64,000 nucleotides of DNA from Antechinus flavipes. Its lineage: Eukaryota. The stretch is taken from positions 159,030,001 to 159,094,000 of the forward strand of contig NC_067399.1 of the NCBI RefSeq assembly GCF_016432865.1. Reading direction: 5' to 3'. The notes beneath the pieces are model-generated. The model worked only from the letters and a program-made list of their open reading frames with translations. It made no database searches and was not told where the DNA came from. Both the position numbers and the translations under genes were made by a program. Below are positions 39,091-52,739 of this stretch, piece by piece; position 1 is the first letter of the stretch; the number at the start of each line of letters is the position of its first letter.

Positions 39091-39599
39091 ATTAAAGCAT
39101 TTTAAACAGAGAACAGGAATAGAAGCAATGGGTTCACAAGTAAGGAAGAGAAACAAGGAAAGTAGTATTTATAGAATACTATGATCCAGGAGAGCTTTTA
39201 CCACTATTACTTCATTTGATCCTCACATTAGCCCTGGGAGATAGGTGTTGCTATGATCTCCATTTTATATTAAGGAAACTGAAACAGAAATTAAATGATT
39301 TATAAGGGTCACACAACTGGAAAGTATCTCAGGCTGTATTTGATATCTTTTTGATATCAGGCCCAGTGCTCTATCTACTGCACTACCTTGGTATCTTTGC
39401 AAACATAGAGCAATTTCTCTTGAAATGTGCAAGTATTCTGAGAGGTACTGATGTCTTGATTGAAACTAGAGGTTCTAAGAAATAGAGATGAAGAGGAACA
39501 GTTTCATAGAGAGTTTCAGGAGACAAATAGCATAGATCAGAAGTCAAAGAATCCAGTATGGCTATAATCACTTAAGTGACACAGAGGAGAAAGTGTTGG

Positions 39600-39990
39600 A
39601 CCTTCTCTCTCGCAAAGTAGATGAGCAATAATTTTATATGATAAAATATAAGAATTCTGGTGTGGATATGTTGAATTTTATATGTCTATGGGACATCCAG
39701 ATAGAAAAGTTCAATAGGCAGTTGGTGATGCAAGACCAGGTTTCAGAAGAGAACTTAGAACTCGAGAAATAGATCTGAGAATCATCTGCATAGAGATAAT
39801 AATGAAATTCATGGGAAGTAAAGAGATAATTATACAATTCTTTAGGAGGAGAAGGTCTAACCCGGAGACTTGGAGCATACCCACTATTAGCAGGTGCAAA
39901 ATGGATGAAGATATGTCAAAGGAGTCTGAAAAGAAATAGTCGATAGGTAGAAAGACAACCAAGAGAGGATATTATCATAGAATCCTGATG
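39600..39990 (-). mobile_element. L2 reverse-transcriptase fragment
   Basis: ORF 39634-39837 (-) SHEFHYYLYADDSQIY...CLLNFSIWMSHRHIKFN contains the L2 RT YADD motif. Confidence 0.9.
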
Positions 39991-41419
39991 CAAACCAAGT
40001 CGTTTTGTATCAGAAGTAAGTCTTGAACTCAGATCTTCTTGGATCTTAGGCTAGCTCTGGCTCTATCTCCATTACATTATGTTGCCTTATACAGCACTCT
40101 ATTCTTTCCCATCTTTCAGAGATACTGTGCTAGAAACTCAAATGAAAAGTGTATATACCACAGTAGTGAACATGAATTTAAAAAGTCTTCTCAACCACTA
40201 ATATGTTCTTTATTTCATTCCTTAGTATCTATTGTATTAATGACCATGAATATTGAAGAAGATGGTTTCAGCAGTTTGATTGCATTGTCTTACTTAGTTT
40301 ACTTTTGTGTTCAAAGATCCTAAGTAGCAAAGACTCAGTTTTCTTTAGGTCTAATATTTCTTTTAATCTTGAGACCACAGATTCATTCTAATATAAACAA
40401 CTGCCTTTGGTTGCTCCTTCCTTATTTGGGGCATATGGCAGAAATGTAAGGGCTAAGCATTAATTTTTGTCCACAGAAGTTAGAAGTATTGGAGGGAGTG
40501 TAGCAGAGGAGGTCTATCATGTCAGGCATCTATGTACAGTTCTCAGACCAAAGATGGCATTCACTGATAGCAAGTGCCAAATTTTTCTTTCTCTTCATCC
40601 AGTCCTGGCTGTTGTTTCCAATTCTGATTGTCTGTCTTTTGTATTTATTCTGAAAACAATATAATATGCTCAGCAGAGATATGTTGAGAGAAGGCAACAT
40701 GCAAAATATTATCAACTGGCAGGTCACTGGGAGTTTAATGGTTGTGAGCCAATCATATAATGGTTTGTAAATTATTATTTTACACGTGGGGAAGCATTAT
40801 GGGATTTTGGACTGTAAACAAAAGATGCCTTCCCTCCCCACCCCCTTGCAATGTCCAAAGTAACTAGTCTACACTCTACGCTATAAGTTAGCTCAAAATA
40901 TGTCAGTCAGGCTATCCTGATCTATGCAGAGGTTTTGTGTGTGTATTTTTATTCATTTTGTTTTTTGCTTTAATTTGACATTTCATCCATGAGGGAAATC
41001 ACATAGTCCAAATTGCCTTTACCATATCCTCATTCCTGTCCTATTGGAAGGATTTTTCCATGAGCTTGTGGCTCATTCTTGCACCCCAACTTGTCTCTCT
41101 TCTCTTTGTCTGGGTTCCTCCCTCTGCTTGTATAATTTCATTAGACCTTAATTTCATTATGTCTAAAGGAAAGACACATTGGATGAATTTGAATATAAAT
41201 AGCACAAGGCAAAATTCTCAGGCCAAAATACTCTGAACTCCTAAGTTACTGGGGTTGGGAATTTGGATCAAATACTATACCTTCTAATAATAAGGTTTAA
41301 CATCCAAGGGAAGTTTCCCCAAAGAGTTGCAGAAAAAGAGATGGCTGGGTACATGTCTATGCCTATTAGAAAATATGGACAATTTTTTAAGAGAAAAAAA
41401 GGAAATTTTTTTTTCATTT

Positions 41420-41670
41420 CTTCATTCAATAAACATTTATTAAGTACCTACTATGGTACTGTGCCAGGTACTGTGCCAAGTGCTGAGGATAGAAAAAGTG
41501 GCAAAAAATAGTCCCTGTTCTCAATGAGGTTATTGTATAATGGGGGGAGACATCCTGTATATATACAGGATAAATGGAAAATAATTAAATGAGAGAAAGC
41601 ACTGGAATTAAGAGGATTTAGGGAAGGCTCCCTGTAGAAGGTAGGATTTTAGTTGGGACTTAAGGTTCTC
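41420..41670 (-). mobile_element. L2 3' end
   Basis: ttcaataaacatttattaagtacctactatg...gtgccaagtgctgaggat...gggaaggctccctgtag. Confidence 0.8.
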
Positions 41671-44129
41671 AGGCACTGAGAGTTTCTAATATGAACCTAG
41701 GGTATGCTATTTAATATGTAAAAATAAAATAGTATTTTGGAAGCATCTAACAAAATTAAACCTCTTTTTCACTGAGCTGGAGTGATGAGTCTGTTAAAGA
41801 TTTATGAAAGCTTGAATATATGAGGAGACTGGTAAACTGGAACATATGAGTTTTCACTTATTTTAAGTATAGCCCACATTATTCAACCCAGCTGAAAGGT
41901 GGCCAGAGCTCTAAGAAGAGAAGATGAAGTGTTCTAAAAGTGACATCCTATTGTTCTTCTTTTATTCTCCTTTGCTGACTTCCACATCAAGCTTGCTTCA
42001 TTAACTAGTCAAAACAAGATGTTCCCATCTGCCAGAAGTTGTAGCTACCTGAAAAAATCAAACAGTCTTTGCTGCTAGGTACACTTGAAAGCCACCAGAA
42101 TCAGCAGGAAGTTCACAGTTTGCTAAACAGAGCCCAAGGGAAAATACAAAAGCATCTTGCCATTTCCTGAATATTGGTGATTTTTTTTCTTTTTTTGTCC
42201 AGTCAGCTAACATGACACCCGTGGGGTTCAGAAGGAACATGTTACAGAAATTCAATGTGGTGTCATTTTATGGAGTCGTTTTTCTAACTAAAACCACATT
42301 CTCCATCAAAAAAAAAAAAAAAAGATTTGGCAGAGGGGAAAACGATAATTTAGGTGCTTGGTAGGAAAGCAATTTCTAATTACAATCCCCCGGGATGGAT
42401 TCCCATTGACTCATGAGACCACTTTGTGGTGTGTAGGGAATTCATGCACAGGAAAGGACCAATTACCCCACAATGACCCTCTAAGACCAAATTAATTTCN
42501 NNNNNNNNNNNNNNNNNNNNNNNNNNNNNNNNNNNNNNNNNNNNNNNNNNNNNNNNNNNNNNNNNNNNNNNNNNNNNNNNNNNNNNNNNNNNNNNNNNNN
42601 NNNNNNNNNNNNNNNNNNNNNNNNNNNNNNNNNNNTCTTCTATATTGAGAAACACATGTACATTATTTTAAAAATAATTTCCTTCATATATATTGAGAAA
42701 CTCTCTCTATATATATATTCTCTGTGGAAGAATTATACAATCAATTTGTGGCAGGGTGTGAAGCAGGCTAATTAAATCAAAAACCATGGCACACATTGAG
42801 GACAGCATATGAAAACAAAAGAACATATGAACTTCCATACTGGTCCATTCTGCCAAACACTCTTTTACTCTCCAATAGAAAAATCAAGGAGGATTTTGTG
42901 GGATATTTCCTCTAGTAACAAAGTCAAGAGCCAGAGGCCCATTGTATTCCAAACTTCCCAACTTGCTGCAGTGATCAATTATGAATACATTTCCCATTAA
43001 ATCATTTCAACTTTTTTCCCAAACTATATTTCTATGTTCAAAATATTTTTATTACCTTTTTCAAAAATAACCATTTTCATGTTAGATGCCAGTAGGACAA
43101 GGGAATATATTTCATTTGGCCTAAAGTTATTGTTTATAAGCCTCAAAGAATATCTCATGGTTGATGAACAATGCACATTCACTCAATTCTTAGATTCTGA
43201 AAGTCAGCATGGAACAAAGATTTGAAAATTGTATACAGGGTTGAGAAGATATGAGTAAAAATCATACCTTTGATATATAACTGATATATGATCCTGGAGA
43301 AATTACTTAATCTCTTAGTCCCCTACAAAAACTTTATAATTATATGCTATAGTACTAAAGTCCAATATGTACTAGTAGAAGAAACTCCTCATTAGGAGCT
43401 TCCTATATTGATGAATTCACAGATCTTGATTACTTCCCTCCCAAAAAGTCATTCTTGGCTTATATGAGTTAAAATAATATCTGTTGGTATATTTTACTTG
43501 GTTTTCCATATTAGCCAATATCCTAATATTTTAACAATGCATGCTATTTCATTTTTAAGTTATTTTTTAATTACTTAATTTTTAAGTAAAAAAAGGCCCT
43601 TCTTTTGCTTGGTTATTTCAGACTCCTAAAAGATTGGGGATTGTTAGAGGAGGGGGAAGGAATTTCAGAAATGATGACAACTGGGAATTGGGAGACATTC
43701 ATGGAAAGAGACCTTTTTAAAGAAAGGATCATAGGTCTCTGATACACAGCCTATTTGCCAGCAGTGCTATGTGCTATTCACAGGATTACTTAAAAAAATA
43801 CCATATTTGATTACTGTAGCTTCCCACCCCTTCATATAAGAAGAAAGAAGTTAATTATTGCTAACAGAATGTACATATAATTTCTTTTTTTTCCTTTTTT
43901 TATTATAGCTTTTTATTTACAAGATATATGCATGGGTAATTTTTCAGCATTAACAAGTGCAAAACCTTTTCCAACTTTTCCCCTCCTTCCCCCCACCCCT
44001 TCCCCCAGATGGCAGGTTAACCAATGCATGTTAAATATGTTAAAGTATAAGTTAAATATAATATATGTACATATAATTTCTTAATAGAAATAGAAAGATC
44101 CCCTTCATGCTCATTCTCTATCATATCTT

Positions 44130-44370
44130 CTCAGCAGAGCATATGGAGCATTGCACCTGGAAACAAAAGGATTAGAATTCAAATTTTATCAGCTGTATGA
44201 CCTTGGGCAAGTAATTTGATCTCTATCTTATATTCCTCATCTGTAAAATGTGAATATTAGCAACACTACCTCTCAGGGTTACTATGACAATCAAAATGAG
44301 GTAATATTTGTAAAGCATTAGTATAGTGCCTGCCATGTAGTATATATTACATAAATATTAGCTATTATTA
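44130..44370 (+). mobile_element. MIR SINE
   Basis: tgaccttgggcaagt...ttcctcatctgtaaaatg...tagtgcctgccatgtagta. Confidence 0.8.
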
Positions 44371-45895
44371 CTACTGAATTATTATTCTCTCAGAAGGGAC
44401 GATGGCCAGAACGTTATGTAAGCATAATGTCCTTTACAAAATGTTTCTGATAATACATACATGTATATTTAACATATACATATACATGTACATATTTTTT
44501 CATAGTGGTATATGGAATAGGTTCATTTTTTTCAATGATGTCTTAATTTTTGTAGTATTGTAAATTCTATCAGCCAGGTAGAGGTTTGAGGTTTTTTTTT
44601 GGGGGGGGGTGTTTTTTAATTTGTTTATTCTTCAATTATCTTATATTTGTTTGTTGTTTGTTTTTAATCCCTACTGTCTTTCCATCCTGAATTCCCCCCA
44701 AAAGTATTATAAATATTCTCCAGCCTTCTTGAAGATTATTTGCTTTTCAAACTGTTCTTTGCAGTGATTTTCCTAACAAATGCCCATGTTTTATCATAGC
44801 TCTCTTTTCTATAATTGAATAACTATGTGATGAATGTCTTTGGTTTTCCTCCTGCCACCAGAATGTTGAGTTGAATTGTGTTGTGATCACTATTACTTAG
44901 TGGCTCACCCACAAATCCATCCTATGCCACTTCCTGCTCACGGCTCAGAATCACATTCAGTACATTCTCTTTGATTTCATTTAATATTCTAGAAAGAACC
45001 TTTCTATATGTTAAGTCCAAAAGTCATATCTTCAGTTTTGCTGAGAATTCTTGGAAAATATTTTACGGATAATATTTAATGTTCCCCAATAATGCTACAC
45101 AGAGGTAGGAGAGGATACAATAATGTACCATTTCTCAAATCTATATAATCATGGAACTCATAGAGAAGGCAATCTGGGATAGTGGAAAGAAAACTAGATT
45201 TCATATCAAAAAGCCTGTTTAAATATCAGCTCTGCTCCTTTTTACTCATGTGTCCTTGGTCAAATTTCTCAGAGCTTTAGTTTCCTCTTCTCTAAAATGA
45301 GGAAGTTGAATTAGATGATCTTTAAAATCCCTTCTAAGATGTTAAGCTTTGATCTTAAGAAATACACTGAAAGTATCAATAAATTTAGATATAGGAAGTT
45401 GGAGGTTATAGAAGATCCTAGGGAGGAAGGGACTAGAACCTTTTGGAGCATAACAAGACAATTAAGTCAATTTTCAGAGCAAATAATTTCTGTTTACATG
45501 TGTGTGCATGTGTATAACATGTCCATAAAATTTCCTAGCAAATATTTATTTTATTACATTTTTTTCTGAGGTAATTGGGGTTAAGTGACTTGCCTAGGAT
45601 CATACATCTAACCTACTAAATATTTTAAAGGGAAAATATGCTAGTATAAATGTTCTCCCATAGAGCTTTTAAAAATATTTAGGAATGATATACAATAGAG
45701 ATCCATCAAACACAATTTAGGAAATGTTGATATAGAAGGAAAAACACTTGTCTTCCTAGTCCAGTTAGGAGACCAAGTTCTAAACCAAATCTTACATCCT
45801 ACCACCAAAAATTGTCTTGAGCAAACTACTTTGATTTTCTAGGCTTTGGTTTCCTCAGATAAAAATGAGAATGTTGAAATAAATGATCTTTCAGT

Positions 45896-46150
45896 CAGGA
45901 GTATCCTGGAGGCAGCTCAAACTGGATCTCACTTTTTCCAAGGAGTTGATCTTAAAATTTTCAGTGTGATGATTTATACCTTGGAAATTGGCAAACAAAT
46001 TAGGACTTCATTTATTTTGTTGATTGTCTAGATTTACAAGACTGATGAACAAAATGTTAATAATGCAGCTGAAACATAAATGGTATGTCTTGCACACATT
46101 TAACTACAACTAAATAGTGTCAAATATTTGCTAACAACCTCCCTTTTCCA
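45896..46150 (+). mobile_element. hAT (MER63/Blackjack-like) MITE, uninterrupted copy
   Basis: caggagtatcctggaggcagctc...ttgattgtctagattt...aaaatgttaataatgcag...ctaacaacc. Confidence 0.6.
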
Positions 46151-48099
46151 ATTCTAGGATTTTAGGATTCTCTCATGTTTTAGATTTACTCTCAAAACTT
46201 GATGTGACCTCACAGATTGTCCAACTCACATAACTAACAAAAGGATCCCTACCGCAGTATACTTGACAGATAAGTTCATTTAGCCACTGTTTGGTGACCT
46301 CTAGTAAGGAGCCCACTGCTTCTTATGGCAGTCCCTACCCCTTTCAGATAATTCCAAACATTATCAAGTTTTATTTTATTTCCTGAACCCAAGTTTAAAT
46401 TTGTTGGTTTTGTTTTGTTTTTTGTTTTTTTCAAATGAATTATCTTATCAGAGTCCTCTAGGTACAAGCAGAGTCTGACGTCTCATTTTCTTATTTAACC
46501 ACTTGATTTTTGATGTTGTGGAAGTTGCACCAAATTTATTTCATAAACGGATATAACAAAACCCCCAGTTTAATAAATCAGCTCTACTTTTCCATTCCCA
46601 TTTACCTAACACATTAGTTAATTTACTCTCTCAATTTGAGTCATAAGGGCATTGTCTTAATCAGTTTTCTTCCCTCAATATTTCAGTAAAATCCACCTAA
46701 ATTGGCTATTTTTTTCTATTCGCCATAGTACCTGGTAGAGTATTAAGGCACATGGTAGGTGGATAGGTACTCAACAAGGCTTAAAAGTATAAGGACTTAA
46801 AGAAGGAATGCAGAGTAATCACTTTTACTTAATCCCTATATCATTAAGCAAAGGCTAAGGAATGCCTAGTTTTTCTAGCATAACCAATTCTCTTGAACTA
46901 CAAATATTCACATTAAGCAAACTCTTCTTTCATGTACCATTTGCTGAAATCCACGCAAACCCAGCTGAATAATACCAAAAAGTATTTTCTTCCTTTGATA
47001 AAATGGGACATTCATTGACTGAGACAGCAAGGGAAAAGAAAATCATAGAACAGAAGGCCAAAAAAACAATGGCATATTACAATGATTATTTTTTATTATT
47101 ATTTATTGTTTGGAAGTTAGTATTCTCCATGTCTGAGATTCATCAGCTGAGTAACAAGACAACCAAAAAAGCCCAGTGGTGATTCATTTGGCCTCCTTGG
47201 AGTTTTTCCTTCCCACCCCACAACCTTCTACCCCCATTGAAATTTTCCTGAAGTTGTTTTCAAACGTCTGGAAAGCATTCTTCCCCGTTCCAAAAGCAAA
47301 AGGTGATTATATTTTACCAGGTGGCCCTTCTCAGTTCCTAAGCTTTTCTAAGATAGTTTGCATCATCAGGGCCCAATATGAGCAAGACAGAAACTGGGGC
47401 AACTCCATGGGAGCACCAAATAATATTAAATACTTGACACTTATAAGGTCTATAGGATAGCACTGTATGCATTCAAAGTGATTTCAAACTTTTCACACAC
47501 AGTCAGCTCATTCGACCTTCACTATTGACCAAATAAGAGATGATTTCTTTCCTCCAGACTTACTGAGCACTGAAGTAGAAGGTGCATTCCTTGCAAGCCT
47601 TCACTGCTGACTTTTTATTTAAAGCTGGCCCTATGCTTTTCAGACCTACTACCTTCCCTGAGGGCACTAATTCAAGGCACAGCTCGCTTCCTACAGACAC
47701 ATTCTGACACAAAACTTTCTTCATCATATAAGTTTTATGTCTTTTTTCAAGCTATGCTCAGTTCCCACAATTCACAAATTAGATAAGGAAATATCACAAA
47801 CAAACGTGCATGTGCACACACATACAGACACACACTTGGCAATGATGTAGTGCTTTACAATTTGCAAAGCCTTTTGTACACACTATTTTGTGCCCACCAC
47901 AATCCTGACAAGTAGGTACCAGGAGTATTATGAATAAAATGAGATAATGTTTGTTAAAAGCATTCAGCACAGTACCCAGCACATAATATGTGTTTTATAA
48001 ATACACAGTCCTTCTATCCATGGTCATAAAAACTGGCAACCTTTGGGATTCAGTTCTTCCTAATTCATGTGTTCACAATTCTATCTCAAAATTAGCAAA

Positions 48100-48250
48100 T
48101 GCCAAGTCTAATAAGGCTTTACGTACTGAACAGTATGATGGGAAGTATTTTATTATAAGGAAAGCTTTGTGTTAAATAATGAAGAGTGTATGAACCATCA
48201 GTTTGGAAATGTATTCATGCTTTGATCAGCGAACCATGTATTTTGCTGCA
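48100..48250 (+). repeat. Left arm of a 151-bp inverted repeat (partner 49696-49846)
   Basis: Manual ungapped alignment to the reverse complement of 49696-49846: 128/151 identical. Confidence 0.95.
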
Positions 48251-48277
48251 CGGTTAGGAATCCTATTGTGATGCTAG

Positions 48278-49122
48278 CAGAAACAAGCTGAAGCCAGGTT
48301 GAAATGGTTCAAGAGAGCCAATTGTGAAATTTTGATTTGGAGCATTTACACCTCAGAAATTGACAAATGCTTCAAATTAGAGCTTGACATTATTTTGTTG
48401 ATTGTCTAGATTAGAGGTATCAAATGTGGTACTTTTATGGGCTGGAACCAGATGAAAATGTAATGGAGAAATATTTAGCAAAAAATAATGATAGAAGAGA
48501 TAATATTAAAATGTGGTTTATGTCCAGTCATTTCAGTCTGTCCAACTCTTTGTGATCCCATTTAGGATTTTCTTTGCAAAAATATTGGAGTATTTGCCAT
48601 TTTCTTCTCCAGTTCATTTTATATATGAGGAAACTGAAGCAGGGTTAAGTGACTTGCCCAGGTTCACACAGTTAGTATCTGAGGCTGAATTTGACCTCAG
48701 CTCAGTATTCTATCCATTGCACTACCTCGTTGTTCTAAAAAGTGATTATCAAAATCAATATGCAATCTGCAAGGATCGTTGTTTACAGATTAGGAGATTT
48801 ACATTTCTATTTTAGTTATTTCTGGTCTAGCCTTAAGAAAGTGATGGAAAAAAGTTAATAATGTGGCTTAAACTTGAAAGAGTGCAGTGATATATACATA
48901 TATATCATATTTTTAGTCACATACACATATATATAATGTATGTATGTTTANNNNNNNNNNNNNNNNNNNNNNNNNNNNNNNNNNNNNNNNNNNNNNNNNN
49001 NNNNNNNNNNNNNNNNNNNNNNNNNNNNNNNNNNNNNNNNNNNNNNNNNNNNNNNNNNNNNNNNNNNNNNNNNNNNNNNNNNNNGTATAGCGAGTTGCTA
49101 ATCATCTACCATCACACCAGTG
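48278..49122 (+). mobile_element. Nested array: MER63-like hAT MITE containing a Charlie-type MITE (48412-48824) containing MAR1 (~48521-48732, minus)
   Basis: Inner MITE flanked by gtctagat (48404-48411) and gtctagcc (48825-48832); the host MITE resumes ttaagaaagtgatgg as in the intact copy near 46030; end catctaccatcacaccagtg at ~49122. Confidence 0.75.
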
Positions 49123-49695
49123 GTAAAATCTTAGGAATCACTGAAAATCTGGGAAGAGTTTTACAATACACATTCTTTGGGAAACAACCCTAAAGTTATC
49201 TTTTTACTCATTTGTATATGTACATTTGTATATGCTTGCACATTCAAGTTGTAAGAAAGAAATGGTTTAAGCTCTGAATGTATAGAAACCTAAATCTATC
49301 TTTAATTAGGTTTCTGGTTCTACGATTATTCTTCCAGAGGAGAGCTGAGAATGCTGATCTGGATTTTCAAAGGAAACCAAGTTTTCTCCAGAATTCAACA
49401 AAATTAAAAATTTAGAAAAATAATGATGTTCCATTCTATGGGTGTTTGTATTTTCTTTTAAAAAATTATTTTAGACAATGAACTAAACTAATAAATGTTT
49501 TAGCTCTGTATCCTCTGTACTCGAAGAGCACAACAAAAATGAATTTTTAAAATATTTTCAAAGCAAACCAAGAAATAGGAAAAAAAATAGTCATTTGACT
49601 CTAGCAGGTTCCATAAGTAGTTCAAAATCAGATTATTTTCAGATGGGCCTTTTCAAAACTTCGTTTACTGTCTCTGACTGATGATTTCTGACTTA

Positions 49696-49846
49696 TGCAG
49701 CAAAATAAATGGTTCGCTGATCAAAGCATGAATATATTTCCAAATTCATGTTTTAAGCCCTTTTCATTATTTAATACAAAGTTTTCCCCACGATAAAATA
49801 CCTTCCATGATACTGTCCAGTATGTAAAGCCTCATTAGATTTGGCA
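49696..49846 (-). repeat. Right arm of the 151-bp inverted repeat
   Basis: See left arm; shares a perfect 26-bp run tattcatgctttgatcagcgaaccat. Confidence 0.95.
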
Positions 49847-52739
49847 ATCACACCTTTCAATCATCTTCTGTGGTGGAAGTAAAATAAAAAAATTTTTTCA
49901 CATACTTCTCCAGGGTTCTGTATTTTTCTAAAAAAATAAAATAAACCTGTTGGAAATATGACTGAAGCCAGATCTGCTACTAGGAATTATTGTATTTATG
50001 CGTGGGATGGTTTTCAATGAAAATATTGAAAAATACCAATTTTAAAGCACAATCATTCCTGTACAGTTGAAATTTTATTTTCACCATTGTGGCCAAACCA
50101 AAATTATCCTTTTTTTTCAATTATGCTTTTGGATATTTTACTAAGAGGCCAGACTTGTGTGTAGTACCCATGAAATAGCACCTAACTAAAAACGGATCAA
50201 TTTTCCTAAAAATCACATATACTTATAAAGGGAATGGAGAAAAATCTATTGTAGAAATATAGTATCAGCAACCAGTAAACTCCTCCAATAAAGTTCTCTT
50301 GACTTTTTAAAAAATGTCTTGTCACTTTGATTTTCAGGATACTTGCTAAATATTTGGATTGGATATAAATATACATTTATATATGATAAAAGTAAATTCT
50401 TTTTGCTCCTCAAAGACTGCTATATTTTTGCTTCTCTATCCTCTTGCACATAGTAGATGCTTAATATTTGGATGTAAAATTGAACTATATTGAACTTATT
50501 AGCTGATACGACTGATCTACCAAGTTAGATCATTGGCCTTAAGTGAGTTTTCCATCAGTGCTAATTGATTTGAACAGTCATCCATATTCTCTGGTTTACT
50601 TTTCCTTTTGTCTAGTGGCAAACATTTGTGAGATGGCTGAACAGGGTTTGGGTGAAAATTATGACTTGAAACAGAACAAAGTTAATTGTTTCCCATGGGG
50701 TATGAACTACAAAGTTCAAGCCTTCTCTCCTTTTGGCTCTGTGCTTTAGCTAAACAAGTTTATTTACTTTATTTCAACTCAACAAATATCCACTTAGTAT
50801 TTGTATGTATGGCACTTAGTAGGTGCCATAAACATATTGAATCTATGACTATTCAGTGACTGAAAGTAATAAAAGTATGAGTGGGTGGATTGTAGAAGAA
50901 AAAGAGAATTGAGTTAAAGATATCTCCTTAAAATTCGAAATCATTTTTTTTAAGAAAATAAAGTATCTGCTGCCTGATCATCACACCTATAGCTTTTAAA
51001 ATTATAACATAGGACCTCTAATTTTTATCTTTTTTCATTTTTGGTTATACCACTAATGTTTCACAGGTAAGGAATTGTTCTATCTTTATTCTCACAACTA
51101 CAGAATCCTGAGACTATAATAAATGGTACAGTGAGTCATATCATTGGTCCATAGAACCCTGAATTACTACATCACTGACAACAATCTCTAAGGTGCCTTT
51201 TAGGGAAGAGTCAATAAATTGTCCTCAATGAAAGCATCTTTGAAAATTAGAATGATGAAGGGAAGGCAACGTGGAATTGTGATAAGAATACTGGACTGAA
51301 AGCCAAGAGATATGGGTTCTAGCTTCAAGTGTGACAAGAGTGAAGTCTCATGGAAAATCATTTTTAAGCTCTAAAGACCTCAATTTTCTAATCTGCAAAA
51401 TGAAAGCCATGGACTTATTTCTATCTAAGTTTTCTCTCGGCCCAAGATGCTATAATTTCTTCAAGCCAAGATGATACAAGACAATTTTTTCTTCATCCTT
51501 ATAGGAAAGTACTTTTAGATCTCAGACAACAACCCATAGTGTAATATTCAGCAGTTCCTTCACTCTGCAGTCTATTTCTTAGATTAAATTAATAAATCAT
51601 CTCAGAGGCACAGCTGGACTAATCTTTATGATTAGTTTTCAACGCCACTAAAATCCTGCTCTGATGCCAACCAAACTGGGTCACTTGCGATTCTCAGAAC
51701 TCAGTTTTCCATCTCACATGCTGTGACTTTGTTCAGGCTGTCTTCTACCCTCATCATCAGGAGGTCAGACCCTATGTAATGGCTTAGTTTATTATAGTTT
51801 ACTACTGGAGCTCAAGAAGACTATTTACTGTTTGTTTACTCTTCTCAGTCCTGCACATTAGGACCAACAAGAATTAGGGTTGATTGTTTATTTTAGTATT
51901 CTGCCTAATATCAATATTAAGTTGATGAGTCTATAATATTCAACTGGATTTTTTAGCTTTTTTTTTTAACTAAGAATTCTGGTCCTTAGGAAATTTTCTA
52001 GGCCTCTATCATGTACTAAAAAAATGGTCCAGGGGTTTTGAAATGATAGCTAAATAAACCCTGGGATTCATGTACTCATGCCTGATGGTATTCCTCATTT
52101 GTCCCTTGAGGAAGGAAGTAAGATTAGATTATCTAGTTAGATAAAGTGATGACAGAGTACATAAACCTGATAGACTTCCTTATTTACTAAGAATAAACCT
52201 AGGAATGGACAAAAGAGCTTGGTCCAGAGAACCAACATTGGTGAATCTCTATTTGAGATAATCAAACTGGACTAGTGACATTTATATGCATGTGTTATGT
52301 ATGTGTGTGTATATTGTAATTATATACAAATATACATGTATATATTTATACACATATATATGCATGAGTATGCATGTATTTATATATGGGTGGATATGTG
52401 TATATGTATATGTGCATATATTATATTCATATGCATAATTACTTTAACTTGTTGCATTTTCTGAATGTGTATGTATTTTTCTTCTTCATTAAAACTAGTA
52501 TAACAAAAACCTTACAAAATATTTCTCTGTTGTTTAAAATGTGGAATTTTGCCCCACTGATGAAGACAGAGCCAAGATAGAATTATATCTCAGTTCATCA
52601 ACTATTTTTATAAATGTTTAATAATGATTATGTTGTACAAGTTACTGGTAATACAAAAACAAAATCCAATTCTCCCCACAAAGCTGATATTCTACTGGTA
52701 GGAGGGGAAGAAGAAAAGTCTGCATTTTTTTTTTTAGCT

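Noticed and set aside
47990-48175. Possibility that the inverted-repeat arms are duplicated coding exons (both read AKSN.AL.T.QY.G.YFI..K.L. then stop)
   Set aside because: The 23 differences fall 8/10/5 across the three codon positions with no third-position bias, and there are no splice sites.
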